A stretch of 64,000 nt of DNA, from the NCBI GenBank assembly GCA_964199315.1, contig OZ116709.1, positions 24,552,001-24,616,000 of the forward strand. Reading direction: 5' to 3'. The stretch is from Orbicella franksi. Taxonomy: Eukaryota. Shown here piece by piece: positions 48,953-61,376 of this stretch (the stretch's first letter is position 1; every line of letters starts with the position of its first letter). The notes below the pieces were generated by a model. The model had not been told where the DNA came from. It ran no database searches and saw only the letters and a list, made by a program, of their open reading frames with translations. The position numbers and the translations under genes are program-made.

Positions 48953-51900
48953 CTAGATGAGTAATGATGGTGTTGGTTTCTTGCCAGGCCACGCCTCTTT
49001 AGCGTATTTCTTTTTAGGAGCTTCGGCAATTGTCATTGTAGCATTTTGCATAACTGGCCCAGCTGGTAAAGGTTCTGGTGCGTGATGTACAGGAACACTC
49101 GGCAGTGTTGGAGATGAGACTTCAGGTGCCGAGGTGATTGACATTCGAGGTTTGTGTTGTGTTGTGGGTGAGGTAGGACTTGTAGGGTCAGGAGTGACTC
49201 CTGTTCCTGGTAGATTGGAGTACAGACCTTGAGAGTAAGGGAAGCTCTGAAGACGACGAGTAATGTTCTCTGTGAGACTCCCTACAGGAGAAACTGGTCC
49301 TCGTATTTTCTGTGAAAGTCAACAATTAACTCTTTTTAGCTCAAAGAATGATGAACATTACTCAGTCTTAGTAGCATACAGGCTATGTACAATGGCCAGG
49401 AAAAAAGTCCTTGGGACAATGATGAAATGCAATGAATTATCTGTGATTTGCGAGAGGTGTGGTGACCTCATGGTTAGGTGCTCATCTCCAGATTGAGCAT
49501 CCGGGTTCGAGCCCTGACCAGGGACATTGTCATTGTTGTGTTCTTGGGCAAGACTCTTTATTCTCACAGTGTCTCTCTCCACCCAGGTGTATAAATTGGT
49601 ACTGGCAAATTTAATGCTGGGGGTAACCCTGCGACAGACTGGCATCCCATCCAGGAGGGAGGAGAAATACTCGTAGTCGCTTCATGCCACAGAAACTGGG
49701 ATAAGCTCCGGCCTGATGCGCCACTTGGCTCATATGCAGACTTACCCCTATCAGTGATTTACACAGCACTGCCACCTTTCAAAAATGCCTTGTTGTTCCC
49801 ACCTCTCCACCCAGTACAATGTTGAAACTCAGGAGAAATTGCAGGTACTAGTTTTAAACATTGTACATGAGTTGGGGGGGGGGGGGGGAGGCTAGAAAGG
49901 TGGAGTTATTATTATTTTAGGCACGACTGATGAATTTGATGAATTATTAATGAGTTTGAGAAAAACGTTGAAGGTCTGATGATGATTAACATGAAGACGT
50001 GATAGTAAAAGAAGTATAGGGTGTTTGATCTGTCATTAGTATTTGGATGAGCGAAGAAAGTCATATAGAGATTTCTAGACAATTCTATAACATACCTTGG
50101 TTGGAACAACAACAGTTGTCTGAATCATGTTTCTGAACTTGCCTACAGTGGGATCAATGTCCTCTGAAATATAGAGAAACCACTTTTTATCAGATAAAGT
50201 ACTGTACACAGATCATATTTAACAATGCATTAGATTATGATCAATGGAGTTATGAACTAGTAAAGTATGCCCCTTAGCTAGGCAGCATATTTTTCAAGAT
50301 GATCAATTCTGCTGCATTTTTAAACCTTACTGCAGCAGCCTACACAGATGCATTACCCAACAAAGCAGTTGACAGACAGTAGCATTTTAATACAACTTAT
50401 TACATGTACCTGGATTTATAATTTCTTCTCCTTCTCTAAATGCAACAGATAAAGACGATCTCCTTTTGCGCTTCAGGGATGTAACACCAGCTAAATTTGC
50501 ACTTCCTTCCTCGATGCCGAGTGATGAAATCCTTTTGTTGTGAGCTGTGTTGAACTCTGTCAGATCCTGTTTTCAGACAATAACCAAGCTTAGAATATTC
50601 TGAGATTTAGAGGTGATTTAATCAAAATAGGAAAATTCATTATGTCCAAATGTCTTTTTACCTAAAATGAAAAAAGTAAAATCAGGTACTAGCAGATTCT
50701 TTAGCAAGAATGTCAATGGTTGATTCAAACAAAATAAAGGGACTAAAAATGGGTTTGAAAGCATTCATCAGGGCTCTCATTCAGAGCCGTGACCTGAAAC
50801 ACCTGTCAGAGCTAAGTATGACTGATAAAATTCCACCCACAAAGCAACATGTTTGTAAAGCAACAGGCAGGTTAAAACTAAAAAATGAAAGTACTGTTTA
50901 TGGAGTCAAAATCAATTCCTTATTTGATGAAAACATTGGAAATTATAGAGTCTTGGAGAGGTGCTGCCAGTCTACACTGGTACTGTAAGGGATGTACTGT
51001 CCAAGTCAAAAGTAAAGTGCTTTGTGTGCAGGGGATGGGAGGGTCGGTTGCATGGAAATTCCAGGAATTGTGCATTGCAACCAAGGGTATAATAAAAAAA
51101 TATAATTTATGGAAATTTAAAAAATTTGCACTGGCCTGTGATCTTAAACCTAGATATAGCACAAAATGCTAAAAAAAAACCTGGATTTGAAACTGATAGG
51201 AGGACACAATTATTCTTTTGCTTATTGCATCCTTCTGTTAAGTGTCACTAGTTCAATTATCAAATTTTGTCAAAATAAAATGAAGCTTACATCTAACTCT
51301 GTGTCTGACTCTGGAAGTCCTAACAGGCCTCCTTTTGAGCCTTCCTCAGTCTCGTCCTCCATTTTTTCTGAATTTTCTGACTGCTTAAGATTGGAACTTG
51401 GCATGGCTGGCTTTTCTCGCAGAACATAGCTTCTGGAAGATGCACCAAACCTGATCACACTGTCGACTTGAACTTGTGTTGGTTTTTGTGGTTCTAAACG
51501 TATTGTGCCAATAAAAGTGCCATGTGCTGAACAAGGACAAAATCAGAAATAAGAAAAATGTTAAATAAGTGTGTAAAAATACTATGATATCAAGGAAAAG
51601 GTTGTTGTTATTCATCGTGGTAGATGCAATAATGAAGTGTATTATCATTTGTCACACGATGTAGTCACTTTAGATGTACTGTGATACTTTATATACTGTC
51701 TTGCCTTAAGTTTTTTCAGTTTTCACTCAAATATACAAGAGATTCACGTTATAATCTGCTATTTCAATGAGTAACAACTTTTATTATTAAAAGACGGTAA
51801 GAGAGAACAGTTTTCAGTGACTAACTAGTTGTCCTCTGTCTTATGAACTACAAATTTAATTGCTGTTAGCAGTCAATACTAACACTTTTTTGTGGAGATT

Positions 51901-54147
51901 TGTGATTGTATTATTTTCAGGTGCAAAATTTATGTTTGTGAACTCTGCCAATTTGAATACAACTTAGTTTAGTGAGATATTTGAATAGTAATAGTTGTTG
52001 TGTTTTGTTTGTTTGTTTGTTTGACAGTAAGGATAATGGTTGTCAATTAACCATTGAGATTTTGACACACCTTGGTTAAGAATGAGCGGTGAAGACAATG
52101 GCAAAAACATTCATGTTGAATAGACTTCAGTCAACTACAACATTTGTCAAAATAAGAAATTACAAACACTTACTACTCTTGAGGTCAATCAGAAATGTTC
52201 GGTTGAGATGTTTATGGAAAACCAGAGCAGCATGAACACGAGAACATGATGTGTGTTCCAACGTGAAATCACAAGCTTCCTTGTTTCTTCCAAACAAGTA
52301 GTACGACTTCTGATCAATGATCATTTTCTATGTCAGAAACAAGAATTGTTGTGCATTAAAATACAGTCAAACCTCCCGTAAGCGACCACCCAAAGTGTCA
52401 AGCCTTGGTGGTCACATATGGGAGGTGGTCATTTACAAGAGCTTAGACAACATTGGGTCAAAATTTTGCCTCGTTAGCTTAAGGTAACTGCAGAGATTCA
52501 CCCCTGTTTTAAATGCTTTATTCATGTGAAAAGTCAATTCGAAAAAGATCTGGTACTTCCCACTGAGATATTCCATCTCTTGTGCAACCCAAGAATGTGA
52601 TGTTACAACACCTTATTATCCAATTTTAACTCTATTATCTGTGTAGTGGTTGGTTACAGGAGGTTAAAAACAACAGAAAAGTTCAAACTTTAAGCTCTAA
52701 AAGAGGTCGCAATCACTTATGAGAGGTGGTCGCTTATAAGAGATTACAAATATAGTGATTTGACCTGTAAATGTTTGGTATTTTGGAAAACTGGTCACTG
52801 AGGAGAGGTGGTTGCTTACGAGAGGTCGTCACAACCAGAGGTTTGACTGCATGCATACGTGTAGTCTTATGTCAGTTTCTATGCCATGATTTCCCAGTTA
52901 AACTTGGTATTATTATAAGCCTATGGAATATTACTTAACATGTTACAAGATGCTCTTTAAAGGCAGGGGTTAAAAAGACATGCATTTATCATTGATATCA
53001 CACTATGATGCCATATCATCAATACTTCCAAAGTTGTCTGCAACTACCTATCATTTACAATTTTTTTAACAGAAATAGAAGTAATGCTAAATATGCTTCA
53101 ATACAAGCCACAAACACATATAATTTAAGTAAAGATTCTAATGCCAGCAATATATTAAATAGAGAAAACAAGGTTTTCCTTTTCTTCGCACATATGTGCA
53201 CAAACACAAGATCACTTGCATTGCTCCTATGCAAGTGATGTGTAGATTGAACTGAATCTGTTTGAGGAGTAATAACATCCACTTGTACTCAAAGCCAGAT
53301 GCCTAAACCTCACCCACTGTTAATATAGCACAAATTTGCTGTACAAACAACTCTAATGTCGGCACAGTCTGTTCTAGTGCAATGTATTAAATTATTCTGC
53401 AATTAATTGTTCAAAAGGATTTCTTAGTACAATTCTTTTGGTCTTATTATCTAGGAGATTATAATCAGAAGCAATTTTGCAATTTGGGAGGATGCTACTT
53501 CTAAGCTGTGTACAAGAATATCACCAGTGTGCAAAGAAAGTCCTGCTCGATAGGGATTATGGATCTTCCAGCTGGGCTAGTAGATTCTGTCTGTAATTAA
53601 CTTGCCAGATGAGCAAGCACAGTTTCTTGGGAAATTTTTGAGGAAATATAAATAAGAGAGGTACTGTAAGAGATGAAATTTTTAGGGGGCTTGTGAGAAT
53701 GACTTTTGAGATAGTCATCATAGTTAGAACTTGCCAGAAGGGCAAGCCCTGACCACATGATAAAACCCTGAAAACATAATATTAAAAACCCAAGTCCTAC
53801 GTGCCTTACATCAACATTATAACTGCAACGACAAAGAATACAAATCAAGCTCTCAATTAAGAGGATTAAAATAATTAAATAATTTTTAAAGATAAATTTA
53901 GACATCTAAGGTTTGGCGTGATCATTTCAAATCACATGCTACTTGTTTTGATCAAGCTCACCTCAACTAAATTATTCTGTTTCATGACATCTAAGTGAAG
54001 TCCCTGCGGCGGTTTACCTGCCCTGGAGAAAAATCACCTCTCCTTGAGCTACGACACCAAATAAAAGATCAGGAAATCCAAAAGATCTTACCAACTAGGA
54101 ACATCAAATGGAGGATTGTTCGCGGCAGAAGTCTTGTTAGCCGCCAT
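48953..54147 (-). CDS. PPP1R8: Nuclear inhibitor of protein phosphatase 1 (NIPP1), 362 aa
   Basis: Exons 54092-54147, 53962-54022, 52174-52327, 51291-51526, 50410-50566, 50096-50163, 48953-49309 (1089 nt). FHA domain (YYLFGRN..CSRVHAALVFHKHL..STHGTF), LTEFNTAHNKRIS, and C-terminus KKKYAKEAWPGKKPTPSLLI as in human NIPP1. Confidence 0.96.
49451..49746 (+). mobile_element. Near full-length tRNA-derived SINE in the last PPP1R8 intron
   Basis: A-box-like TGGTGACCTCATGG and B-box GGTTCGAGCCC, followed by the conserved family body. Confidence 0.85.
52364..52849. mobile_element. Tc1/mariner (pogo/Tigger-type CAGT end) non-autonomous element
   Basis: TIR CAGTCAAACCTC / GAGGTTTGACTG; TA on the left flank (CA on the right); internal GACCACC/GGTGGTC sub-repeats. 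Confidence 0.75.
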
Positions 54148-54318
54148 CTTGGCACGCTTTGTCTCCTGATGGACTGGTACCAAGTTATTCTGGCTTATCC
54201 CGGATGACTAAATTCCCGTGCTGCTTTGGTGCGCCACTTTATGTTTTCCCGCCATCATCTTATTTTCTGGTTGAATCTTTGAGTGTTTTATTTCAATAAT
54301 TTTAGTATTCGAAAGAAA
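54148..54318. promoter_or_regulatory. 171-bp bidirectional promoter between the PPP1R8 and NSMCE1 start codons
   Basis: Divergent ATGs at 54147 (minus) and 54319 (plus). The interval contains TTCCCGTG / TTCCCGCC / GCGCCA E2F-like words. Confidence 0.7.
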
Positions 54319-57300
54319 ATGAGAGATTCTCACCGCCTTTTTCTTCGAAGTCTTATGTCTAAGCAGTTCCTTTCTGAAAAGGAAACAAAAACCCTGTATC
54401 AGAAGGCGTGTCGGGTATTTGGAGGTAAGTCAAAACGCTTGTATGTGACGTCGAACCTTCACTCTCAAACTTGTAAGCTTATGATAATCGAGCGTTTCTT
54501 ATAACATAATTTCAGATGACAGCTCTCCAGAGAACTTCGAAACGTTCTTGGAAACTGTAAACAGAAATTTGAAGCCACTTTACATGGAGATAAGGCGTGG
54601 GGTTTCTGAAGAAGATGGGTCTAATAATTATGGATTGGTATGGAAAATTTGGAATGCAAAGTTAATCAGAAAAAAGTCAGGATTTCAAACTAGTACATCC
54701 TCATTATGTTCTATCTCACTTTATATAATATGCCAAATTATTCTTGCATTCATTTTTGATGGGTTCTTACTAATGATCAATTAGAGGACAGATGCGTGGA
54801 TGATGTCATTTGACATTTTTGTGTTTCTTCATATGAAACAAATGTTTACATGTAGTTCCAGAAAATATCTATACCTCTCCCGTGGAAGGATTTTTTTCTA
54901 AGACCCCTGCCCTCCTACCCTTCTGGAAATTCCTATTCAGCTTTGTACATTTCTTTGTTTTGATCTTAGAGAACCCTCCACCCCCAGAAATTCTAATCCC
55001 TCTATTGGCGGGGGGAGGGGGGGAGAGGGGATATGGATATTTTCTGGAAAACTGCGCAATAGATTCCATCTTGCTGTGTGTCTGTTTGGTAATTAGTCAC
55101 AGAAGACGTCAAAATGTGTCAAGAACATCAGTGACACACTTAGCTATCACCATATGTGCCACTGTTTTGTTCTCACCATAAACTGAAGTCATCTGTGATT
55201 AATAACACAGGGACGCACGACAACATGGGATCTATTTGTTAAGTTAAATATTTGCCATGGACCATGATTGCATTTGTAAACCTTTGAAAGAGAATATTGT
55301 TTCCCTTGCTTTAAATAGCAGCTGTAAAATGTAGTTTTCTGACTGCTATTGTATGTTGGCTGTTAAAAAATAAGACTAATCATAGGCTTTTTACTATTGA
55401 TGTTAGTCAAATTGACTGCATCTTGTTGATTTCTTTTTTTCATTCAAAACAAAAGGATGGAGTCTAATTATTTTAAATAATATCTATTACATATTGCAGT
55501 TTTCTAAATTATGTGATCTATCCACTTACATGCCTTTTTTGTTAATTGGTAAATAGTAAGGTGCTAAAATAATGTATCACTTTCATTAAAATATTTTCCA
55601 GGTAAATACAACTGAGGACGAACAGTCAAAGTTGGCAACAGACTTTTCTCCAAATGACATTGCCTTCTTCAAGAAAGCGGTAAATAAGCATGTACATTCA
55701 AGCAACTTATTGGGAATCCACTTGCTGGACTACAAAATCCACCAGCCCTGGACTATCAGACAAAACCTTCTTTGCATGTTGCTAAGAGGCATATTACATC
55801 AACGTTGTTTTACTCTGTTGATGGAAGTGTCAAAAGAGCAGCGTGGAGGCAGCATGGCCGAGCGGTTAGAGCACCGGATTTGAAATCTGTAGGTCCTGGG
55901 TTCAAATCCAGTTCTGACCATTAGCTGATGTTGTTCTCGGTAGCCCTGAGGTCAACTTCTTGGCTGTGCTTGTAAATAGCCAACTGGTCTGCCTCCCGCC
56001 AGTTGGGATTCTTAACCTAGTTATGTTTATTTGAATATTTATTTATCATTGTTTGTTTACATTGATCCTGAAAAGCCCCAATGGGGAGTGGCCAATTAAG
56101 TATACACAGACATTTTAATTTCAGTGAAGGCATGAAATGTTTAGCCACCCACTTTTAAAGCTCATATTCAACTCTTTCCACTCACGCTCTATAAATTTCA
56201 ATGCTTCAGGATTGATGACTAAAAAAATTCTAAAAAAATCGGATTATTTTTGTTTCCCCTGAAATTTGGGGACATAAAACTAGAGATAATTAACTAAGCA
56301 CATGGCTAGTTTCACATGGGATGCTTCAATGTGGCCTACAGGACGACAATGCATAATCACACAATTTCAAGTCAAAATTTCCGCCTTTTGTTGAGTGTGC
56401 GATGTCCATGATTTCAAGGTCCTGAAGATGTTGAAGTAAGTATGAATGTAATTTTATGATTAGCAAGAAATTAGAAGCGAAAATTTTAGGTAAGTGAGCT
56501 TGCATGACCTTTGCCATGTGCTACGCAAATCCATGCATGTTGTTCAAAGGCGACTAAATTCCCTTCGGACCGCCCTTTTTCCGTTTGCAATCTCAAATAA
56601 TTCTTGAATTATGTGTCTTGAATCATTTTTGGGATCGTAGAGCTCAGGAACTGTGGAAAAAAGCTTCGTTTCGTTGAGTAAACACACTTTTGGAAAGGAC
56701 AGTCACGTAACTCGATCTGAGTTAATATTCCACTGGCTGTTGCCATGGTAACGGAAGTGCAAGATTTTTAATTAGTTAAAAAAACAATCTAAAAAATTTC
56801 GGTTTCGATGGTTTTTCGCTCTGTTTTCAGGGTGTGTTTGCTGGAAAATTATTTATTTCTACATTAAATTTGACCAGTGGAGTGGAAATACATTTCTAAA
56901 ATATTTTTTACATTTTTTCCCATTTTTTGTGAAGTTTAATTTATTTAAATTGTTTAAAAATTACTACTAGCTTTCATGAAGGAAAAGCTTTTTTTTTCTA
57001 GAGAGTTTTTTTATGCTCATTTAAATGAGATATAGTAGATTACTCTCCTGTAAATATTTGCTGAGATATTAATGATTAACCTTATGACCTTTTGCCACGT
57101 CCGTTTTTGATGTGACACAAATGAATTAAGTCTTTTTGTATTGTTATGTAGATGGATCTGATAGTCGACTCTCCAGATGGTACAGTGTCTTCCTTTGATG
57201 TAATCAACGCTTCAGCAGACTTGGAGAAGAGGATGAATATTACACATGCTGAAGAACTTATTGAAAGGCTCCTTAAAGACAAATGGATGTCAGAGATTAG

Positions 57301-59834
57301 TCTGCCAATGCTTATTTGAAATGTATCCTCACCTAAACAAGAAGTTCTGGTACATAGAGGACCTGTCCTGGCCATTCTTAGCACTAGTTGTGAAAACATG
57401 AACAGTTGACAGACGACTTCAGCTTTTTCTTCAACTGTTGGTGATAAATTTTATTTTGGTTTTGATAAGAGTGTTCTGCTACAATATTTGCAATTTGCAT
57501 CTAAGTTTTGTTAATTTTTTTGTAATAAATAATGGACTTACTAAAATGCAAATCTGTTACAAAAAAAAAAAGAGAAAAAAAGCTACTTACACAAAGGGAA
57601 AAAAACACAACAAATGTACTTACAATACACCACTTACACGAAAATCTGTTCATGGAAAATGTTGCTTTGGGGAGCTTTTAAAGCATCCTTAGTCAGAGTT
57701 TCCAAAAGTAACCCACTGCTGGCAAAAATCCTGATCTACTTTGTCATCTAAGCCAGCTACTCTGCTAAGTTATACTTTCAGTTCTTCAAAAGAGTGCAAA
57801 ATCAGCTACCTACTCCAACACATAAAGTCACCTACTTGAAAACTTGTGACAACTCTCTTAGATTACAGAACATTTAACTCCACGTTGTGGCACTATATGC
57901 AAGGGTACAAATTTGCATTTGAAATCTGCACGGTACATGTTGGAAGTAGGACTTCTTCTTTAATTAATCCTTGTGCATGGTACTATAGATGGCAACATTC
58001 TAATACGTTATAAATACTATTTTTATTGTTACTAATATTGTAGACATCAGGATCATACTCACTGGGACCAAGAGCCATGTTAGAACTTTATCCATACTTA
58101 AAGAGAGTGTATGAAGATCAGATAGTAGACTGCATGATGTGTCGTGAGATTGCTATAAGGGTCAGTATATCTGAAGATTTATGGAGACTATTTTCTGTTC
58201 AAGAACCTGGTTCTTTACCATGATTTGTCTCTTTACCTGCTAAGCCAACAATAATTATAATTCTTTCTTTTAAAAATATTAGGGGCAGTGTTGCACTCGA
58301 TGTGATGGCAAGATTCATCACCATTGTGCTGCTCGCTACTTTCGTGGAAGGTAATAATGAAATAGATTAGCCTCGCTCATTTTGATTCAGGAAAATATGT
58401 TGTTGTTGACATGCAATTGACTGTAGCATCTGCTTTCAATCCTGTGCATCACCCAAGGCTTTTAAATTCCAACAGGGCTCAGAAGACATGTCCAAACCAG
58501 CAGTGTGGTGCGGTGTGGATGCATGAAGTACCTCAGCTATCAACATCATCTCCATCTCAAGTGAATGGTGAGTTGTAATTTGTTAAAGGTTTCATTGTCT
58601 GTAAAAATAATTTCCATTCCAAGTATAAATGCTGATTATCAATCAGGAGTGAGGGATTTGTCCTATTTTTTCAAAGCTTCCATCAAACATTTTGTGTCAA
58701 ATGAAGACAATACACACACGAGAAAGTGGTTTCCCTTTAAACAAGGAGTCACTCTACTTTCCATAATCAAATGAAAGAGACATCGGAGATAATGTAGTAA
58801 CGTTTACTTGTGCTAACTGTATTCAGTTTGTTACAGAGAATGATGGAAGAAAAAAAAGCATCCTGGATGGTAGACAGAATTCATCTTCAATTTTACAATT
58901 TTATATGGCAGCAATATTTGAAGGGTTTCATGCAAAAAGGGCATATGTGACATTTTGGGCCGATTTTTATTTTTTGCAGGATCAAGCTAATTTTTGGCAC
59001 TGACTTGTTTTGACATGAAAAGCATTGTTGCGTAATTGTTTTTGTTGATTTGCACTTAGTTTTTGAGAAATAACGTATGCAAAAAACTAAGTTTTCCGAG
59101 CGGCATCTTTTGGAGTGAATCCTTCCAAGGTGGATTTTGATGCGGCGCAAACTTAAATGATTACTTTTAGCAGCTTCAACAGCACGTTTCTTTTTAAATA
59201 GATGTTTTAATTTTTTAAAGAAGTAGAGAAATAGACCGGAAAAAAAAATTGACTGACCTTGTATTGAACCAGTGTCACAACAAAACAAACTCGCATCCAG
59301 CCAGTTCAGCACCTTATTCGCTTGCGCTAATGAAGCAACAGTAAGAGAATTGAGTAATTACGTGAATAATAAAACTAGCGGCAAATACCACGCTTCGGTG
59401 ACTTCATCGTTTAGCAAAACAAAGGTTTCTTTTGTTTTTTGCTCAACAAAAGATCTCCAAAAGATACCCTTGGAAAACTGAGTTTTTTTTGCATATGTTA
59501 TTTCTCGAAAACGAAGCCCAAATCAACAAAAACAATTCCGCAATGATGCTTTTCATGTCAAAACAAGTCAGTGCCAAAAATTAGCTCGATCCTGCAAAAA
59601 ATAAAAATCGGCCCAAAATGTCACATACGCCCTTTTTGCACAAAAGCCTTCAATTGATTATATGATGTTTTGTTGACAGAAATTATTTCTCTGTGCTAAC
59701 TTTAACTTGAGTTGTGATGGGTCAAGTTCAAGCCAAGTTGGTAGCTGAACTCTGCTTCTTTTTCAGGTGAAAACGATGCTGGGCCTTCATCACAAGCTGG
59801 ACCTCCAGGACGGCAACGTAGAAAGAGAAGATGA
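54319..59834 (+). CDS. NSMCE1: Non-structural maintenance of chromosomes element 1 (SMC5/6 RING subunit), 264 aa
   Basis: Exons 54319-54424, 54516-54637, 55602-55679, 57152-57295, 58044-58160, 58283-58350, 58476-58567, 59767-59834 (795 nt). Peptides HRLFLRSLMS, KW..E..G.YSLGPRAMLEL and a RING-like CMMC..CTRC..HHHCAARYF..CPNQQC..W. The exon 4 donor reads AT instead of GT. Confidence 0.9.
55843..56104 (+). mobile_element. Second tRNA-derived SINE family copy
   Basis: A box TGGCCGAGCGG and B box GGTTCAAATCC, followed by ~190 bp of non-tRNA body. Confidence 0.75.
58918..59653. mobile_element. Non-autonomous element with ~120-bp TIRs in the last NSMCE1 intron
   Basis: GCAAAAAGGGC.TATGTGACATTTTGGGCCGATTTTTATTTTTTGCAGGATC.AGCTAATTTTTGGCACTGACTTGTTTTGACATGAAAAGCAT is mirrored at both ends. 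TSD not resolved. Confidence 0.85.
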
Positions 59835-61376
59835 GAACAAACAAAACTTGCTGTATACTATTAGTTTTAAAAAAATCCTGTTAGTTATGGTTACAGTTTA
59901 GATGTATATTTGGACATTGATATGAAATACCAGTATATGGAGACTGATTGTATCACTCAAGAATTATTCCACACAGGATAGAGCTTTGACTGTTCAGAGA
60001 CAATAACAAAGTGTCTTCAAGCAATAGTTTTGCACGGGACTATGTTAAAATTGATTTTGATTTTGCTTGTGTTTGAACTGCTGAAGAAGATAATGAAAGG
60101 CTCAATGATATTTTTTTATATTTCTTCAATATTTCTTATCCTAGGGCTTCTCATTATCTTGCAGAGTAAATGGTGATTTTGATTTAAAAAAAAGAAGCAT
60201 CAATATTGCAATCAATAGTGTTTTGTCACGACAATACATTTTTTCCAAAAAACAAAACATAAAAGATGGCCATTAAGCTAATGGTCCAAATAAAAAGAAG
60301 TGTTATTGCGACATTTAAATGCGTGGTTTAACTGTGTCAGTAATACTACTAAAAATTAACAAAGAAAATTGATTTTATGTAAAGTGACAACAGAAATTGA
60401 ACATAAACCTTTTTTATTCCTCTGTTAGTCGTACATTTTCTGTAAACATATAATTTTTGTAACATAAGTTGATAGTGGAACTAGCCAATAAATATTCAAA
60501 ACATTAAATTACTTCAGTCAAACCTCCACTACCAATAACTTGTCTATAGTAGCCACCTCTCTGTGAAGGCCAGGATATTTTTTCTAAGTACGTTATGTCA
60601 GTCCATATTTTATACTCTGCCTTCACCAATCTACAATGTTCAGTTAATTTTCCATAAATTTAAGGTACCATTGTAGAGAGGGTCTCCTGTAATATTCTAA
60701 TAGATCAGAATATATTAATTTATCATAAAAGTCATTTACAACTCAAACATTTTATATTAATAATATTTGCTATATCAAGATAGACCAAAGGACACTATAT
60801 TTCACCCTTATATCATAAAATATTTTCTTGTATCAACATTTTTCTCAAGTGTGTGATGTTTGCTGTGTGTCGTTAGACTTTCCTTGGTAACTTGTTGCTG
60901 TATTCTTACTTCCTTTAAGATTCTGATTAGAAACTCTACAACAGTTCTTGTTACAGGTAATACCTTGATGAGATGAAAACACAATGAACAGCCTTTCTGT
61001 TTGGTTAAGGACTGAAAAGCCAACAGTGCATTACAGTTAAATATGCAACATTGCTATAATAAAGGTAATTTATTTTACATAAATTTAAGAGAGAAATAAT
61101 TTTATTGAATAATTTTTTCCTAGTTTGTGTCTATTTGATAGCATTCTTTTTGTACTTTTCTTTTTGAACCAACTAGTGAAGTTTTTTTTTAACTTCTCCG
61201 TCCACACAATACCACAGTTATTCTATTTCTTATTAATTTAATTTTAAATAAAATAATTATAGTACAAGCACTAGGTGCTGCTTTTAAAACCTTTGTGAAA
61301 TAATGCAATTTTTTCTTAGCAAATGAAGCTAAACATTCAAACAACAGCCAACTTCTGGCATTCCAATTGTTGCATG

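Noticed and set aside
55843-55920. tRNA-like sequence (also 11161-11225 and 49451-49520)
   Set aside because: A/B boxes are present, but there is no complete acceptor stem, and the sequence continues into SINE bodies; these are SINE heads.
57323-57330. U12-like donor GTATCCTC as the true NSMCE1 exon 4 donor
   Set aside because: An in-frame TGA at 57317 precedes it, and there is no U12 branch site near the acceptor.
57082-57399. 105-aa minus ORF; likewise 27590-28000, 36745-37029, 51166-51429, 61490-61762, 62840-63133, 2288-2497 and 13218-13427
   Set aside because: Antisense shadows of real exons.
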